A DNA stretch of 64,000 nucleotides from Microthyrium microscopicum (taxonomy: Eukaryota), in assembly GCA_010405405.1 (NCBI GenBank), contig MU004234.1, positions 292,993-356,992 on the forward strand, read 5' to 3'. The notes under the pieces were generated by a model that made no database searches, was not told the origin of the DNA, and worked only from the letters and a program-made list of their open reading frames with translations. Numbering within the stretch: position 1 is the stretch's first letter; the number at the start of each line of letters is the position of its first letter. Shown in pieces: positions 24,468 through 36,708 of the stretch. The translations under genes were made by a program, and so were the position numbers.

Positions 24468-27400
24468 ATGCACCATTACCAAAGAACCAGGCTCGTCGCT
24501 AGGCTTGCGCGACAACATAAAGCCATTCTCGATCTTCGCCTCCCCATTGCGCCCCTATTACGCTATGAACAGTCACGATCATACGCCGCGTCTGCGGAGG
24601 CAACGGAAGCCGCTGAAGCTCACACTTTAGCTAGTAAGTCAATGTAGGTGTTTTATCATAGAGGCATACTAATTGAATTTCATTAGGATCGAGTAATGCG
24701 CGCTTCAATGAAATTGGAGTACAGCACTTGAGTGATCATGTTCACTCTCAGATCTTTCCTCCAAATCCTCCCAAACCTCCTCAAGAACTCATAGACCTCT
24801 CCCGCGATCATCTCACACGCCATGATCTCCTCGGCAAGAACCTTGATACCACACCTCCCGTCGCTTTCGATCTCCCCCAGCTTCAAGGGAGAACACTGGA
24901 TGAACATTTCTACCGACTGGCCATGGACTCGGCAGAGACCTATTTTGAAAATGCCAAACGCTTTGCAAGAGCAAATCCGCCTCAAAGGCCGCGCAAATGG
25001 GTCAAGAAAAGTGGTTGGACCAAATACAATGCAGATGGGACTACTGAGTCGGTTGATGCGCCACAGGAAACAGAGTTGACATTCGATACTGAAGTCATGT
25101 ATAAAGAAACCAGTTTTGCTTGCATGGCATGTGCCTGTAGCCCAACGGCGTGGTACTCGTGGTTGTCGCCCTGGCTTTTGGGAGAGTCAAAATCTGATCG
25201 ACATCTCATTCCAATGGGTGATCCAAAGAAGCAGAGGATAATAATTGGTCATAATATTGGATATGACAGGGCCAGGATATCCGAGGAGTACTCGTTGGAG
25301 CACTCGAACAACTTTTTCCTGGATACTATGTCGTTACACGTTGCCGTGAATGGGATGTGCTCGAGACAGCGCCCCACCTGGGTCAAGCATCGAAAGAGTC
25401 GGGAACTGCGGGATGAAATATCGAAATCAGAAAATTCTACAGAACTGGCTCTTCTACTGGAATCTGGAAAGCTGACGGATGAAGAGGAGGATTTGTGGGT
25501 TGGACGAAGTTCGGTCAATTCATTAAGGGATGTGGCTCAGTTTCACTGCGGTGTGACCATTGACAAAGCAAAACGGGAATACTTTGGAGAGTTGGATCGA
25601 AAAGGAGTTGTAGAAAAGCTGGATGAATTGCTGGACTATTGTGCTGCCGATGTCGATATCACTCACCGGGTGTACCGCAAAGTCTTTCCCGCTTACTTGG
25701 AGACATGTCCTCATCCAGTCAGTTTTGCTGCTCTACGTTTTCTTTCTACAGAAATACTACCAGTCAACAAAGGCTGGGAGGCCTACATCAAGAACACCGA
25801 AGCAACTTATATGAAGTTATCCGATGGCGTACAAGAGCGCATACTAAAGCTTTGTGATAAAGCTCTCAAGCTCAGGAACAAACCAGTGAAATACCAGGAT
25901 GACCCATGGCTCAGCCAGCTGGACTGGACCGGGCAGGAAATCAAGATGGTTAAGGGCGAAAAGAAAGACGATCCCATGAGACCTGCGAAAAGACAAAAAA
26001 TGCCTGGAATGCCCCAGTGGTACAAGGATTTACATGCCACCAGTGATTCAGAAATCAATCTTACGGTTAGGACTCGAATCACTCCACTTCTCCTTCGGCT
26101 TTCGTGGCGTGGATATCCTCTGACTTGGTCGGATGTTCATGGATATATGTACAAGGTTCCCAACGAAGAGGTACAGCAGCTTCGACAACAGGGCTTGGAG
26201 CGAAGTGATATGGATGAAGAAAAGAATGAGAAGTTGCGAGACGACAGGACGCATTGCTATTTCAAACTTCCTCACAAAGATGGCCCGACTGCAAGATGTA
26301 CTAATCCACTTGCCAAAGGCTACCTCCAATACTTTGAACAAGGAACGCTATCGTCAGAATATTCTTACGCCAAGGCGGCTCTGGAAATGAATGCATCCTG
26401 TTCATATTGGATCAGCGCAAGAGACCGAATCAAGTCACAAATGGTCGTCTACAACGACGAAGTCAAAGATCCGGAAGCAAAGAAACGCAGGACGAAAGCC
26501 TCTGTGGCTTATATTCTTCCCCAGGTCATCCCAATGGGTACCATCACTCGACGGGCGGTCGAAAATACCTGGCTTACAGCTAGTAATGCCAAAGCCAACA
26601 GAGTAGGATCGGAACTCAAGAGCATGGTCACTGCGCCACCAGGGTACTGTTTTGTGGGTGCCGATGTGGATTCGGAAGAATTGTGGATTGCAAGTCTAAT
26701 GGGAGATGCTCAGTTCAAGCTACATGGCGGAAACGCCATTGGCTTTATGACTCTCGAGGGAACCAAAGCGGCTGGCACTGACCTGCACTCTCGAACGGCC
26801 AAAATCCTAGGCATATCTCGAAATGATGCCAAAATCTTCAACTACGGTCGTATCTACGGCGCCGGTCAAAAGTTCGCAACCCAACTGTTGCGGCAATTCA
26901 ATCCCAACACCGCAGAGAGCGATGCTCTGAAAACTGCTCAAAACCTCTACGCGGAGACCAAAGGCAAAAAGACAACCCGTAAATCCCTCCGCACCCGCTC
27001 CTTTTGGCGCGGCGGCACCGAATCATTCGTGTTTAATCGCCTGGAAGACTTTGCTCAACAAGAATTCCCAAAAACCCCTGTCCTTGGAGCTGGTATCACA
27101 GAAGCCCTCCAACAACGATATATATCCAAAGGCGGCTTCCTCACCAGTCGCATCAATTGGGCCATTCAATCATCCGGTGTCGATTACCTCCATCTCCTCA
27201 TCGTCGCCATGGACTATCTCACCCGTCGCTACGCTCTCAATGCTCGTCTATCCCTCACCGTCCATGATGAGATCCGTTACCTCGTCAAATCCGAAGACCG
27301 GTACCGTGCTGCCCTCGCCCTGCAAATCGCAAATGTTTGGACGCGTGCCATGTTCAGTCAACAACTTGGTATCGGTGACCTACCCCAAGCCTGTGCTTAC

Positions 27401-28015
27401 TTCTCTGCCGTCGACATTGACCACGTGCTGCGCAAAGAGGTCGATATGGACTGCGTGACGCCCAGCCACCCAACTGCCATCAAACCGGGCGAGAGTCTTG
27501 ACATCGCTGAACTCCTCGCCAAGGGCCACGAGGCACAGCTCAATCCTAATGCACCAGGCGCTCAGACTTCCGATCTTTCACGCTTCGACTATACGCCTCG
27601 TGAACCCATCATCGCTAGCCTCGAACGCGACACAGACACAGCGTATCTCCGCGCCCAAATCACCGCCGACGATGCCGAACTACGGCAAATCATCAAAGAA
27701 GCCACTGGTGGCGAAGACACAAAACCACCATCTTCAGGCTCATCCGGCCGCGGCCGCCCACGCAAAGTGTCGACGGGCGAAGGCAAAAAACCGCGTTCAC
27801 CACGGGTCAAAAAAGATAATATGGCAGATGCGGCCATGAACATCCACTATCATCATCAGCAGACGCCGAACCTCGTCCCCGTCGACGAAACTTTGTGGGG
27901 CAATACAGCGAGCACGTGGATGAACAAGAACTGGGAGGGCAAGAAGAATCTTTGGCAAGTTGGTCTGGGAACATATCGTGGACCAAAGCCAGCGATTACC
28001 GGCACGCGATGGTAA
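24468..28015 (+). CDS. MIP1: Mitochondrial DNA polymerase gamma
   Basis: Exon 24468-24633 (Arg-rich presequence-like), intron 24634-24686, exon 24687-28015 (RFNEIGVQ). Exonuclease FDTE, GHNIGYDRAR; Pol A VGADVDSEELW, Pol B AKIFNYGRIYGAG, Pol C VHDEIRY. Confidence 0.97.
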
Positions 28016-28283
28016 TTGTACAAACTGTATTGTTGTGTATATATGTCTGAATATCTTGGATAAAGCATTGGCGTTGTGTATATTAACGCATTGATCAGAA
28101 TTTATATAACGAATGTCTAGTATTGTATAATAACATCCCCGTCACGGAGGTATGGTTCAACCTTCCATCTTTCTATGCTCCATAGATCGAGCTGTGAAAC
28201 ACAGACCTCAAATGACTCAATATCGCGAACATGTAAGTGCTTAGAGTTTGAATCATCATTTACATTATTAACTAATCTAACCG

Positions 28284-30315
28284 TCATGATTTGACGCATA
28301 GCTGTCCTGAGTTATCCATAAAGAACTCACTGCCCACACACGAACGGCAGTAGAAGACTCCATATGGATCAACTTTCATCTTGATGTCTAATAAACGCTC
28401 ATAGTTGCTGCCCCAGAATGCATGCTGCCAGTCCCTTGTGTCTGCGAATGCCTATCAAACTGTCAGCTCAGCTTTCTCACCTGGACATACTACTTACCTC
28501 GTTCGCATAAGTACCACCCTGTGGTGCGAGGCTTCGGTAGCTTTCTGTAAACTTATCGGCATCCTTCCACTTCTTCGCCAATACTGTTCGATCTGTTCCC
28601 GTCCATTGCAGTTCGCTTGCTGGTCGCATGATTGCAGTTCGAAATGCTGGATTCACAGCATTTCCTCCACCTCTCATGTGCGGTGGCTTGTGTGTGCCAA
28701 TGCCCATGGTGGCATCGTTCAGCATTTGTGTGGTCTCATCGAAAGCGCCCATGAGCGCCTGCTTCAAGCCAGGCTTTTGGTTGTCTTCCGCACTGTACAG
28801 CCACGAAGCGATGATTTTGTTCGTTCCCATACCTGGAAACGTAGCTTCCGTAGCCTCAGTTGAGCGCTTGTTCAATGCCGATGTTGGATCGCCAAATACA
28901 CTGAGCTCACTGCGTGTGTACAACCATTTCTCTGCCTCCTCCCACGTCTCATGCTCATGCCACGAAACACTCGCATGCACATTCCGTCTCGCCAGTCTGA
29001 CCCTCCTCTTCTCCTCATCCCGATCTGTATCACCAGATCTTGACGACGATCGATCACCATCATCATCCCCCGACGAGTCCCTTCCACCAGATCCATACCC
29101 AGTTGGCTGTCTGCCATTAATCTTCGCCAGCCCATCAAGGATCGGATCCACCAAAGCATGTGCCTGATCTCTTGAAAAGCCCGGCACAGCAACACTCCAC
29201 GTAACCTTCCCATCCCCCTTCGCCGGATACCCATCAAAGTACCCACCACCCCCAACCATCGCAATCTTACTCCACTGAGTATACCAATACGTAATTTCAT
29301 CCCACCCATACAAGCTTCCCCTAATAGTAACACTCCTCTCACTAGGCAACGCCTTGATAACATAAGCCAACGCAACACCATACGTACTCCCACCTCCACC
29401 CCTCATAGCCCAAAAATAGTCCGTATTCTGACACTCATTCGCCGTAATAATCTCGCCCATTGGCGTAACCAGATCAATTTCCAGCACTTGGTCAGCGCCT
29501 AGGCCATATTTTGCGGATAAACCACCATGTCCGCCATTGGAGAGGAAGCCGCCGAGGGAGACGGTGGAAAAGGCGCCGGAGACGACCATTAGATTGCGAG
29601 CGCGCGCTTCTTTGGAGACTTCAGACCAGCGGTTTCCTGCGCCGGCGCGGACGGCGGCACCGGGGATGGAGATGTTGCAGTTTTGGGGGGCGAAGGTGGT
29701 TGGATACCAGGTTTTTGTGTTTAGGTTGTGGGTCCAGATTGAGAGGGAGTTTGGTTGGACTGATCTATATATGATATGAATATTAGCTTTGTGATTCATA
29801 AAAGTTGGAACTGTGGAAGGGATTTGTGTTTACCGTCCGAGAAAGTCGTGTCCTGTGCTTTTGATGTTGAGGCGGATGTTGTGATCTCGCGCGAAATCTA
29901 CCGCTGCCTTTACATCACTGGCCTCTTTTGCTTCCACTACGTATATTGGATATCCACCTGTTGTGCATGCGCCGCTGGCACCTGGCATACAGCTGTAGTT
30001 GTTGTAGTTCTGCCACATATTTGATGTTGGATGGCGGGCGTGCCATGCTGAGTCTCTGAATCCCTTTGTGACATCTTCACAAGCCTCGACGCTGAAAAGA
30101 TTGCTTCCCGAATGACATGGCGCGGCCGGTGGGTCTGGCTTCAATAATCTTCCTTTTACTGCTGTCTTTAACTTTGCCCATTCTACATCAGAAGGCCATT
30201 CGGGTGTGTTTGGGAGGTTTTTGCATTGTCCAGCTTGTAGCTTCGGATAAGGGGATAAGGAAGACACAACAGTAAACAGCGATAAGAGCGTAGAGAATGA
30301 AGCCGCCGATAACAT
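28284..30315 (-). CDS. Secreted FAD-linked oxidase (PCMH FAD-binding + berberine-bridge domain; isoamyl alcohol oxidase-like)
   Basis: Exons 30315-29834, 29764-28498, 28451-28284. Signal peptide; KSTGHDFLGRS (flavinylation His); GGFLSNGGHG; WAMRGGGG; BBE motif YANEA..WQHAFWGSNYERLLDIKMKVDP..FYC..CVGS. Confidence 0.92.
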
Positions 30316-31432
30316 TGTGGCAGAATAAAAAAAAGCAAATGAGTGACTGTCTTCCTCCCAAGATCACAGACGCAGCGAGCTTCAAATATCAATCGAACAA
30401 GAGAAATCACACACCAAGGAACATAATCCTCACAATCCCCTTGGCGATGGTGGGACTATTTGACCCAAGCCTATTTACCGATTTAGACACGACCTCCATC
30501 CCGGGAAACTTGTCAGGTATAGGGCCACAAAGTGGTCATAAGGGTGGGGAAATAAACGTTTTTTCTTGAGATCCAATATAGGCGCATGTTCAGATCTCAT
30601 CCAACCCTGGATTCTATTGGGCTTTGTTGCAATATATAATCGGTACTAGCTAATACTATTACCGGTGTCATTTGTTCTTATCGTGACCAATGGGCAAGAT
30701 ATGATGATCCTGATGCTGAACAACATCGTTCTTGAGCCAGGAAATGCGAGATATCGGCAACAAGGATTTCGTAGACCCTTAAGGATCACTAGAGGTTTGA
30801 TATAGTCACTTCTATATCTTGCTTTTGAAAGGATAGAAGATAAATTTGTCGCGTTATCTTGCGGTACTTGCCACGGATGGTAGCACGCGACAGCTTGCTT
30901 CAGCCTTATAAGACCTTTAGACTCCAGACTTTAGAAGGGCTGCAACGGGCCCGTGGGAGGAGATGAGGCTGGAAAAGGTAATAGTAACGTCGAGTATTCG
31001 TGACCTAACCCCTGGAGTGTTTCGGTTTGACTTTACTAAGCTTTGAAGATCATGGGAAAGGGGCATATATTAAATGTCTATTATAGTCAAATCTACCGCT
31101 AGCTTGGAACTAGGCATTTGATATCCCTGCTTCTAGAAGCTTGCAGGTACCGATACGTCTTCTCTTGCTGGCTTCTGGATCAAGTGGATTGCGGATTGTG
31201 GAAGTGTCCTGTTCAGAATCCAGTTCTAAGTTCAGTATCACGATCACGGATCAAGGAGTCACTTCCTCCCAATATGCTAATGTCAGCGCTGCAATCCCAA
31301 TTCCTCATTCCCACTGAAAGTGAACCTAACTATCTTTGGTCTTCCCAGCCTCAATTCCCAATCCAATACGCGACATCGGCCTATTTTCGTAGATCCTACA
31401 ATATCACCCGACTCCATTCTCAAGAAAGTTTA

Positions 31433-31503
31433 ACAGAGCCCAGCACGCCTAGCGACGATCGAATATACAGAGCCCAGCACGCCTAGCGACGATCGAATAT
31501 ACA
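31433..31503 (+). repeat. Exact 34-bp tandem duplication
   Basis: ACAGAGCCCAGCACGCCTAGCGACGATCGAATAT at 31433-31466 and 31467-31500, followed by ACA. Confidence 0.95.
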
Positions 31504-32540
31504 ACACCATCGCCAAGTACCAGTACAAATCGCCACATGACCCTATATGCCCAACATCGACAGGGCTCATCGGGAGAAATCACCCTGTTTGAACCGCTCC
31601 CACTCCGCCCAAGCAACCCGACCCGACTTTAGAACGTGCCCCGATCAGTGCCAAATATAGCCGAGCCCGATCTTGAACGCGTGTTCAACAATACCAAGCC
31701 GATCCAATCTCGCGGCAAGCTCCATCAGGAAGGTCGACTAGTAGATCTAGCCGCCGGACCGACCTGCCATAATGGGAATCGCTTATGAACGTGCTGCTTG
31801 GAAAGTGACTTGCGCAAGTGACGATGAAGTGTAGGTCGGAGGTTGTTGATACCGATGGTCTGATAGTCTGTTTCTTGGTCAATGGTAATAGAGTGTTGGG
31901 TATTGGCGAAGAAGTCTATGATTCAATGTGGGTTTTTTTGGTAGGGGCTTTTATATTGACTGGGCTAGTGGCGTTCACCGTTGATGGTTGTCGGCAGATA
32001 AGACAGATGAACTTGTTGTTAAGTATACGGCTAGACACAGAGTGATTTTAACATTTGCTGGCAATTGAGGGCCCTGATAGATTTTGAAAGATAAGGATAA
32101 GACATTGAGACCAAAGATGTGAACTTGACTGCTACGAATATGGTAATAGATTCCGGTGTGCAGGGTCCGATCATATTCGATCAAGAAAATCAAAAGTAAG
32201 ACCGTACTCAAATCTTCAGCACGGCGTATCATGAAGGCTGATCGCGTAGATGACAAGCGATGTCCCCAGGGGGTTTGCCACTACGGACGGATGTACTGAG
32301 TGAAACGAAATAGCGCTCAAACATTTGGTAGTCAGGCGCCTCAGAGAGCCCAGCAAGAATTCTTTTGATCTTGGAATGGGTTTGTGGGAAAAGTGATGAA
32401 GCAGTGATCCCACAGATAATGAACCTCATTCCTAATTTGTTCGAAGGCTGGGACTACTTATTGTAGAGTCAAAGCGATGCGACGTCCTTGGTCTGGATAA
32501 TAAGTGCGTATTGGCTTGGATTCAGTATATTCAGATCTAT

Positions 32541-34272
32541 TCAATTGTCATCTTCATCGTCTGACAAGCCCAGTCGCGCTGCTTTGAACTTGCTGATCTT
32601 TTGTGGTTTGTCAGAGACCATTGCGGCTTGATCTTCATCATCCATGGATGCTTGGAAGATACTGCGATCAAGGGAAGGATCTAAGCTTAGCATGCGCTCC
32701 CGATACAGTGCAAACTCATCGATAGTTGGCGGCTCTGTTTGCTGGCTCTGAACAATGGTTTCCAAATCATTCTTGTTTTGACTTGTACTGATTGCAACTC
32801 TCTCTTCTGGAGGCAATGATGCTTTAGGCTTTGCCATTTTGGAGGCTTTGAAACGAGATAAACGACCAGTGGATGGCTTCGGCTCGCTTACAGACGGTTG
32901 TGTAAGTGGTCTCTCGACAATTTCGATTGCCAGTGGTGCTCCAGCAGGCGGAGGGTTCGCTACTGGCTTCGTGGGCAGGTTTCGAATTAGTTCCTCAGGT
33001 GCTGATGAGATATCCAACGACTCGGCGAAACGAACGCCCTTCTTGTTTGGGTTTTCGGAAGTGTCATCAAACTTCAGTTTGCCCTTGGAAAGAGCACTTT
33101 TCTTTTCCAAGACGGGCTCCGAGGGAACTTCTCGACCTGCATTAGACATCTTGTGCTTTTTGATTAACGCTTCCATCTCCTTCACGTAATCTTCATCCAG
33201 TTGACTACGAATATTGACCATACCGTACTCGTTTTCTTCCTCGGATGAGCTTTCGTAATCATCTTCTGACCAGTCTCCTTCATCTTCTTCAAGATCCATG
33301 GTTGCTACAACTGGTCCTATTTGTTGCAGCTGGTTGTGCAACTCTCTTCGAGCTTCTACCTCACCAGCAGGAGTTGAGGTATTAATGACGGTGTATTCAG
33401 AATCTGATAGACCCTCTTCATCGTCGAGTTCAAGTACACGACCCGAGGTTTGGTTTGAGATCCGAATTGCTGGAGCTTTTTGTGGTTGAGTGAGTTTTCG
33501 ATTCGAGGATGGCGATTTTGTAGCTGAACTTGGTATCGCATTTTTGTTCAATGACTTTTCGGGGGTTTCTTTCTTGTTGGTTTTCTCTAAAACGGACTTT
33601 GCTTGTAGTAGATTGGTCATGTCATCTACAGCTCCTTGAAAGTTTTCAACTTTGCTTGCTATATGAGGTTAATGAATGATCCGCGACGGTTGGGGTGCGG
33701 GTGAAGACGGTAAAGAGCAGGACGTACATACTATACTACCAGACTCATCTAGTTGTTCTGTAACTTCAAGCAAAACCGCATCTTCAGGTTTAGCGGAAGT
33801 TGTAGATTCCAGTAAGTGATCGAGCGCTAGGTGGTTCTTGTCAATCTGCTTCTGAATTGTGTCAGAGTTTCGCTGGCCAGCTAGTTAAGAAATCAGCAAC
33901 TTAGTACTTGAACAGATAACAACCAACTCACTCTGCACACGGTCTTTGATGATGTTCAAGATTTGAGCCTTGGTGCGCTGTGTTGATTTGTTTGCGCCAA
34001 TGATAAGACTATCGATGCCTGCCGGATCATCAGTGAAACTCTTAAACATCTTGCAGACTGTAAAACAAACCAGCTTTCTCCAAGGTCGAACTTTCTTCGT
34101 GGTCATAGAACACTTGGTTTATCTGGCTAGGTGAGGCATCACTTGGTAGCTCAGCAAGACCTTCCTCGAGTCCCATATATAAGCCTTGCCATGAAAGCCA
34201 GTATGACATAGTCCGGCGTAGCTGAGATATGGCATTTTCGAGGGATTCTATTTTGGAATCTATGTCAGCCAT
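32541..34272 (-). CDS. Unconventional prefoldin Bud27/URI-like protein (DUF3835-type C-terminus)
   Basis: Exons 34272-34071, 34018-33932, 33880-33728, 33658-32541 join in frame. N-terminal coiled coil with W-x2-W; EVTEQLDESGSIVSS; acidic EENEYG; KGVRFAESLDI; repeated SRFKA/SKFKAAR. Confidence 0.75.
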
Positions 34273-34582
34273 GGTATCGATAGAAGCCTGGATGCGAATG
34301 ATGTGGTCTGGCTTTATTTTGTTGGCGGAAGTTAACAGGTAGAAATGAAGATGCAGTTGGAGTTGAAGGATTCACAAAATAAATAAATCGAGGATTCGAG
34401 GGAGGCCTCAAGAAAGCTCGGACCCTGATTTTATGTGGTGACATCCCTGTTCGAGGTGACAGGGCCCAATCGAGGACACCTTTGCGACATCAATCTCCCA
34501 TCTACATCCATTGACACACTTACCATTAGTTATACAGCTTATCTTGAGAGACATCTGCATCCAATTCTAATAGAACACCACA

Positions 34583-36365
34583 ATGGCCGGCGAAGATGAC
34601 AAAGAGAAGGCAGAGAAGCTCGCCGCCGCAAAGAAGAAGGTCCGCAAACGTGATCAACGGCCCCTGGCGACATCTACTAATAGCTATCTAGTACGAGTTG
34701 ATGAAGAAACAAAAGTCCAAGAAAGCTGGAAGCAAGAAGACAGAAGAAAAAGCTGAAGCTTCAGCCCCGAAATCTGAGAAGCAGGTCAAGGCAGTGCCAA
34801 AAGACGAGCCGAAAGAAGAGGAGCCAGAGGAACCAACAGCTGAAGTGGACGAGAGCAAAGAGGAGGACAAAACACCAGAGCCATCGTCGCCTACATCCAC
34901 CAAGAACAACCACGGTCGCAAGCCCTCCGTTTCCCAGCAGTCACGTATTAGATCCACGTCATTCAAAGCAGGCCTCAGTCAGGACGCGCCAGCATCGCCG
35001 GTCCTTAACTCTGGCCCCCTCAGTCCGGCTGCAGACGCCGCAGACATATACCGCAAGCAAGTCCAACGGATTGAAGAACTTGAACGAGAAAATAAAACCT
35101 TACAAGAAGACGCAGTCCGGTTGCGCACATTGGAAGATGAAGTCCAAGAGCTACGAGAATCCAACAGTGACGCCTCGATACTCAAAGCCAAAGCAGACGA
35201 AGCAGACAAACTCCGCACTGAAGTCGCTGCCCTCCAGCGGCAAAACACCCAACTAACACAACAAGCCAGCGCCAAAAAGTCCCGTCAAGAAAGCTCTAGC
35301 AGCCCATCCGCTGACATCAAAGCCGAGCTCGCCAGCAAGTCGCACACCATCGAAGCCCTCGAACTCGACATATCCTCGTTGAACGCACGCCTCTCCACCC
35401 TGCAAACCACCAGCAACAATCAAGCCGCCACAATCCTCCAACTCGAATCCCAACTAGAAAAGGCGAACACCGCATCCACATCCGCAACAACAGAGCTTGC
35501 CGACCTCAAAGCCGCCCTCTCGGCCAAGAAAAACACAGATGATTCCACCACAGATCTCGCGCCCCGCGTTGCCCAACTCGAAGCAGAACTCGCCACCGCC
35601 CAACGCTCTGCATCCACCGCAACCCAACGCGCCGACACCCTCGACGCCAAAATCGCCGCCCTCGCCACACTACATCGCGACTCCGACACCCGCTCCGCCG
35701 ACCGCGCCGCAGCCCTCGAGCGCGCCCAACGCGAATCCAAAGATCTCCGCACCCGCCTCGCCGCCCTCCGCACAGAAGCAGACCGCCTCCGCAACGAAGC
35801 AACCCGCCGGTCCCGCGTCGAAGCCGAAGGCGACGCAGCAGGCCTAGACGAGCTCGAAGACGAAGAGCGCGAACGCCTAGTCCTACGTGTCCGCGAACTA
35901 GAAGCCCACGTCTTCGAGCTGGAACGCGGACACTGGCGAGATGCAAGAAGAGCACTACAACCCACCCTCGACACGAACGCCGAAGGCGCTGGTTTCGATG
36001 ACGTAGATTTAAGCGCGAGTGTGCATGGCGCTACACCACGCGCAACGAGTGCGAAACAGGGTAGTTCGTTTGCGGACGTTATCAGCAGCGGAATCAGTGC
36101 ATTTACCGGTACAGATGCAAGCGCAGGGGGACGGATACGGGGAAATACGGGCGCTGGTTCGAGGCCACGGAAGCAAAGTCTGGGCTTGATGGATGATGAT
36201 GAGTTTGAATTTGATGAAGATGCGTTTCGTAAGGCGCAGGAGGAAGAGAGTAAGGCACAGGTGGAGCGTGTACGCGAGGTTAAGCGTGGTCTTACGAAGT
36301 GGGTTGGATGGCGGGTTGATATTGCGGATTTGCGGGCGGGTATGGGTGGTGTGTTTGATGTATGA
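34583..36365 (+). CDS. Conserved fungal coiled-coil protein ('M protein repeat'-type)
   Basis: Exon 34583-34639 (KAEKLAAAKKK), intron 34640-34691, exon 34692-36365. Long heptad region; C-terminal ERVREVKRGLTKWVGWRVDI. Confidence 0.85.
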
Positions 36366-36708
36366 GAGAAACATGATGTATGTATGATACCAGATGCAGT
36401 GTGTTTGTCGGGTGAACAACCTAAAGTGCTTGCTCTATGAAAAGTACACTTTGATGGCAGTTTTGTTTTACAATATTAGACATATCTTATCTTTGATGAA
36501 GGAAACATTTTACACCCAAAACCTTGTGTGATTAAATATATTGACGTCGGTACTGTACAGTGAGTGCGAATTATAGATAGACAGACGATTAAACCGCCAG
36601 CATGGCCTGTATGCCGTGGAAACAAGCAATCAACAACAAAGCAGACATTCAACTAGAATGACTTTTTTTACATATAAACCTCGCTCAAAACCACGTAAGC
36701 CGATGCCC

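Noticed and set aside
31433..31500. 34-bp direct repeat as a possible CRISPR array
   Set aside because: Two abutting copies with no spacer, no cas genes, eukaryotic context.
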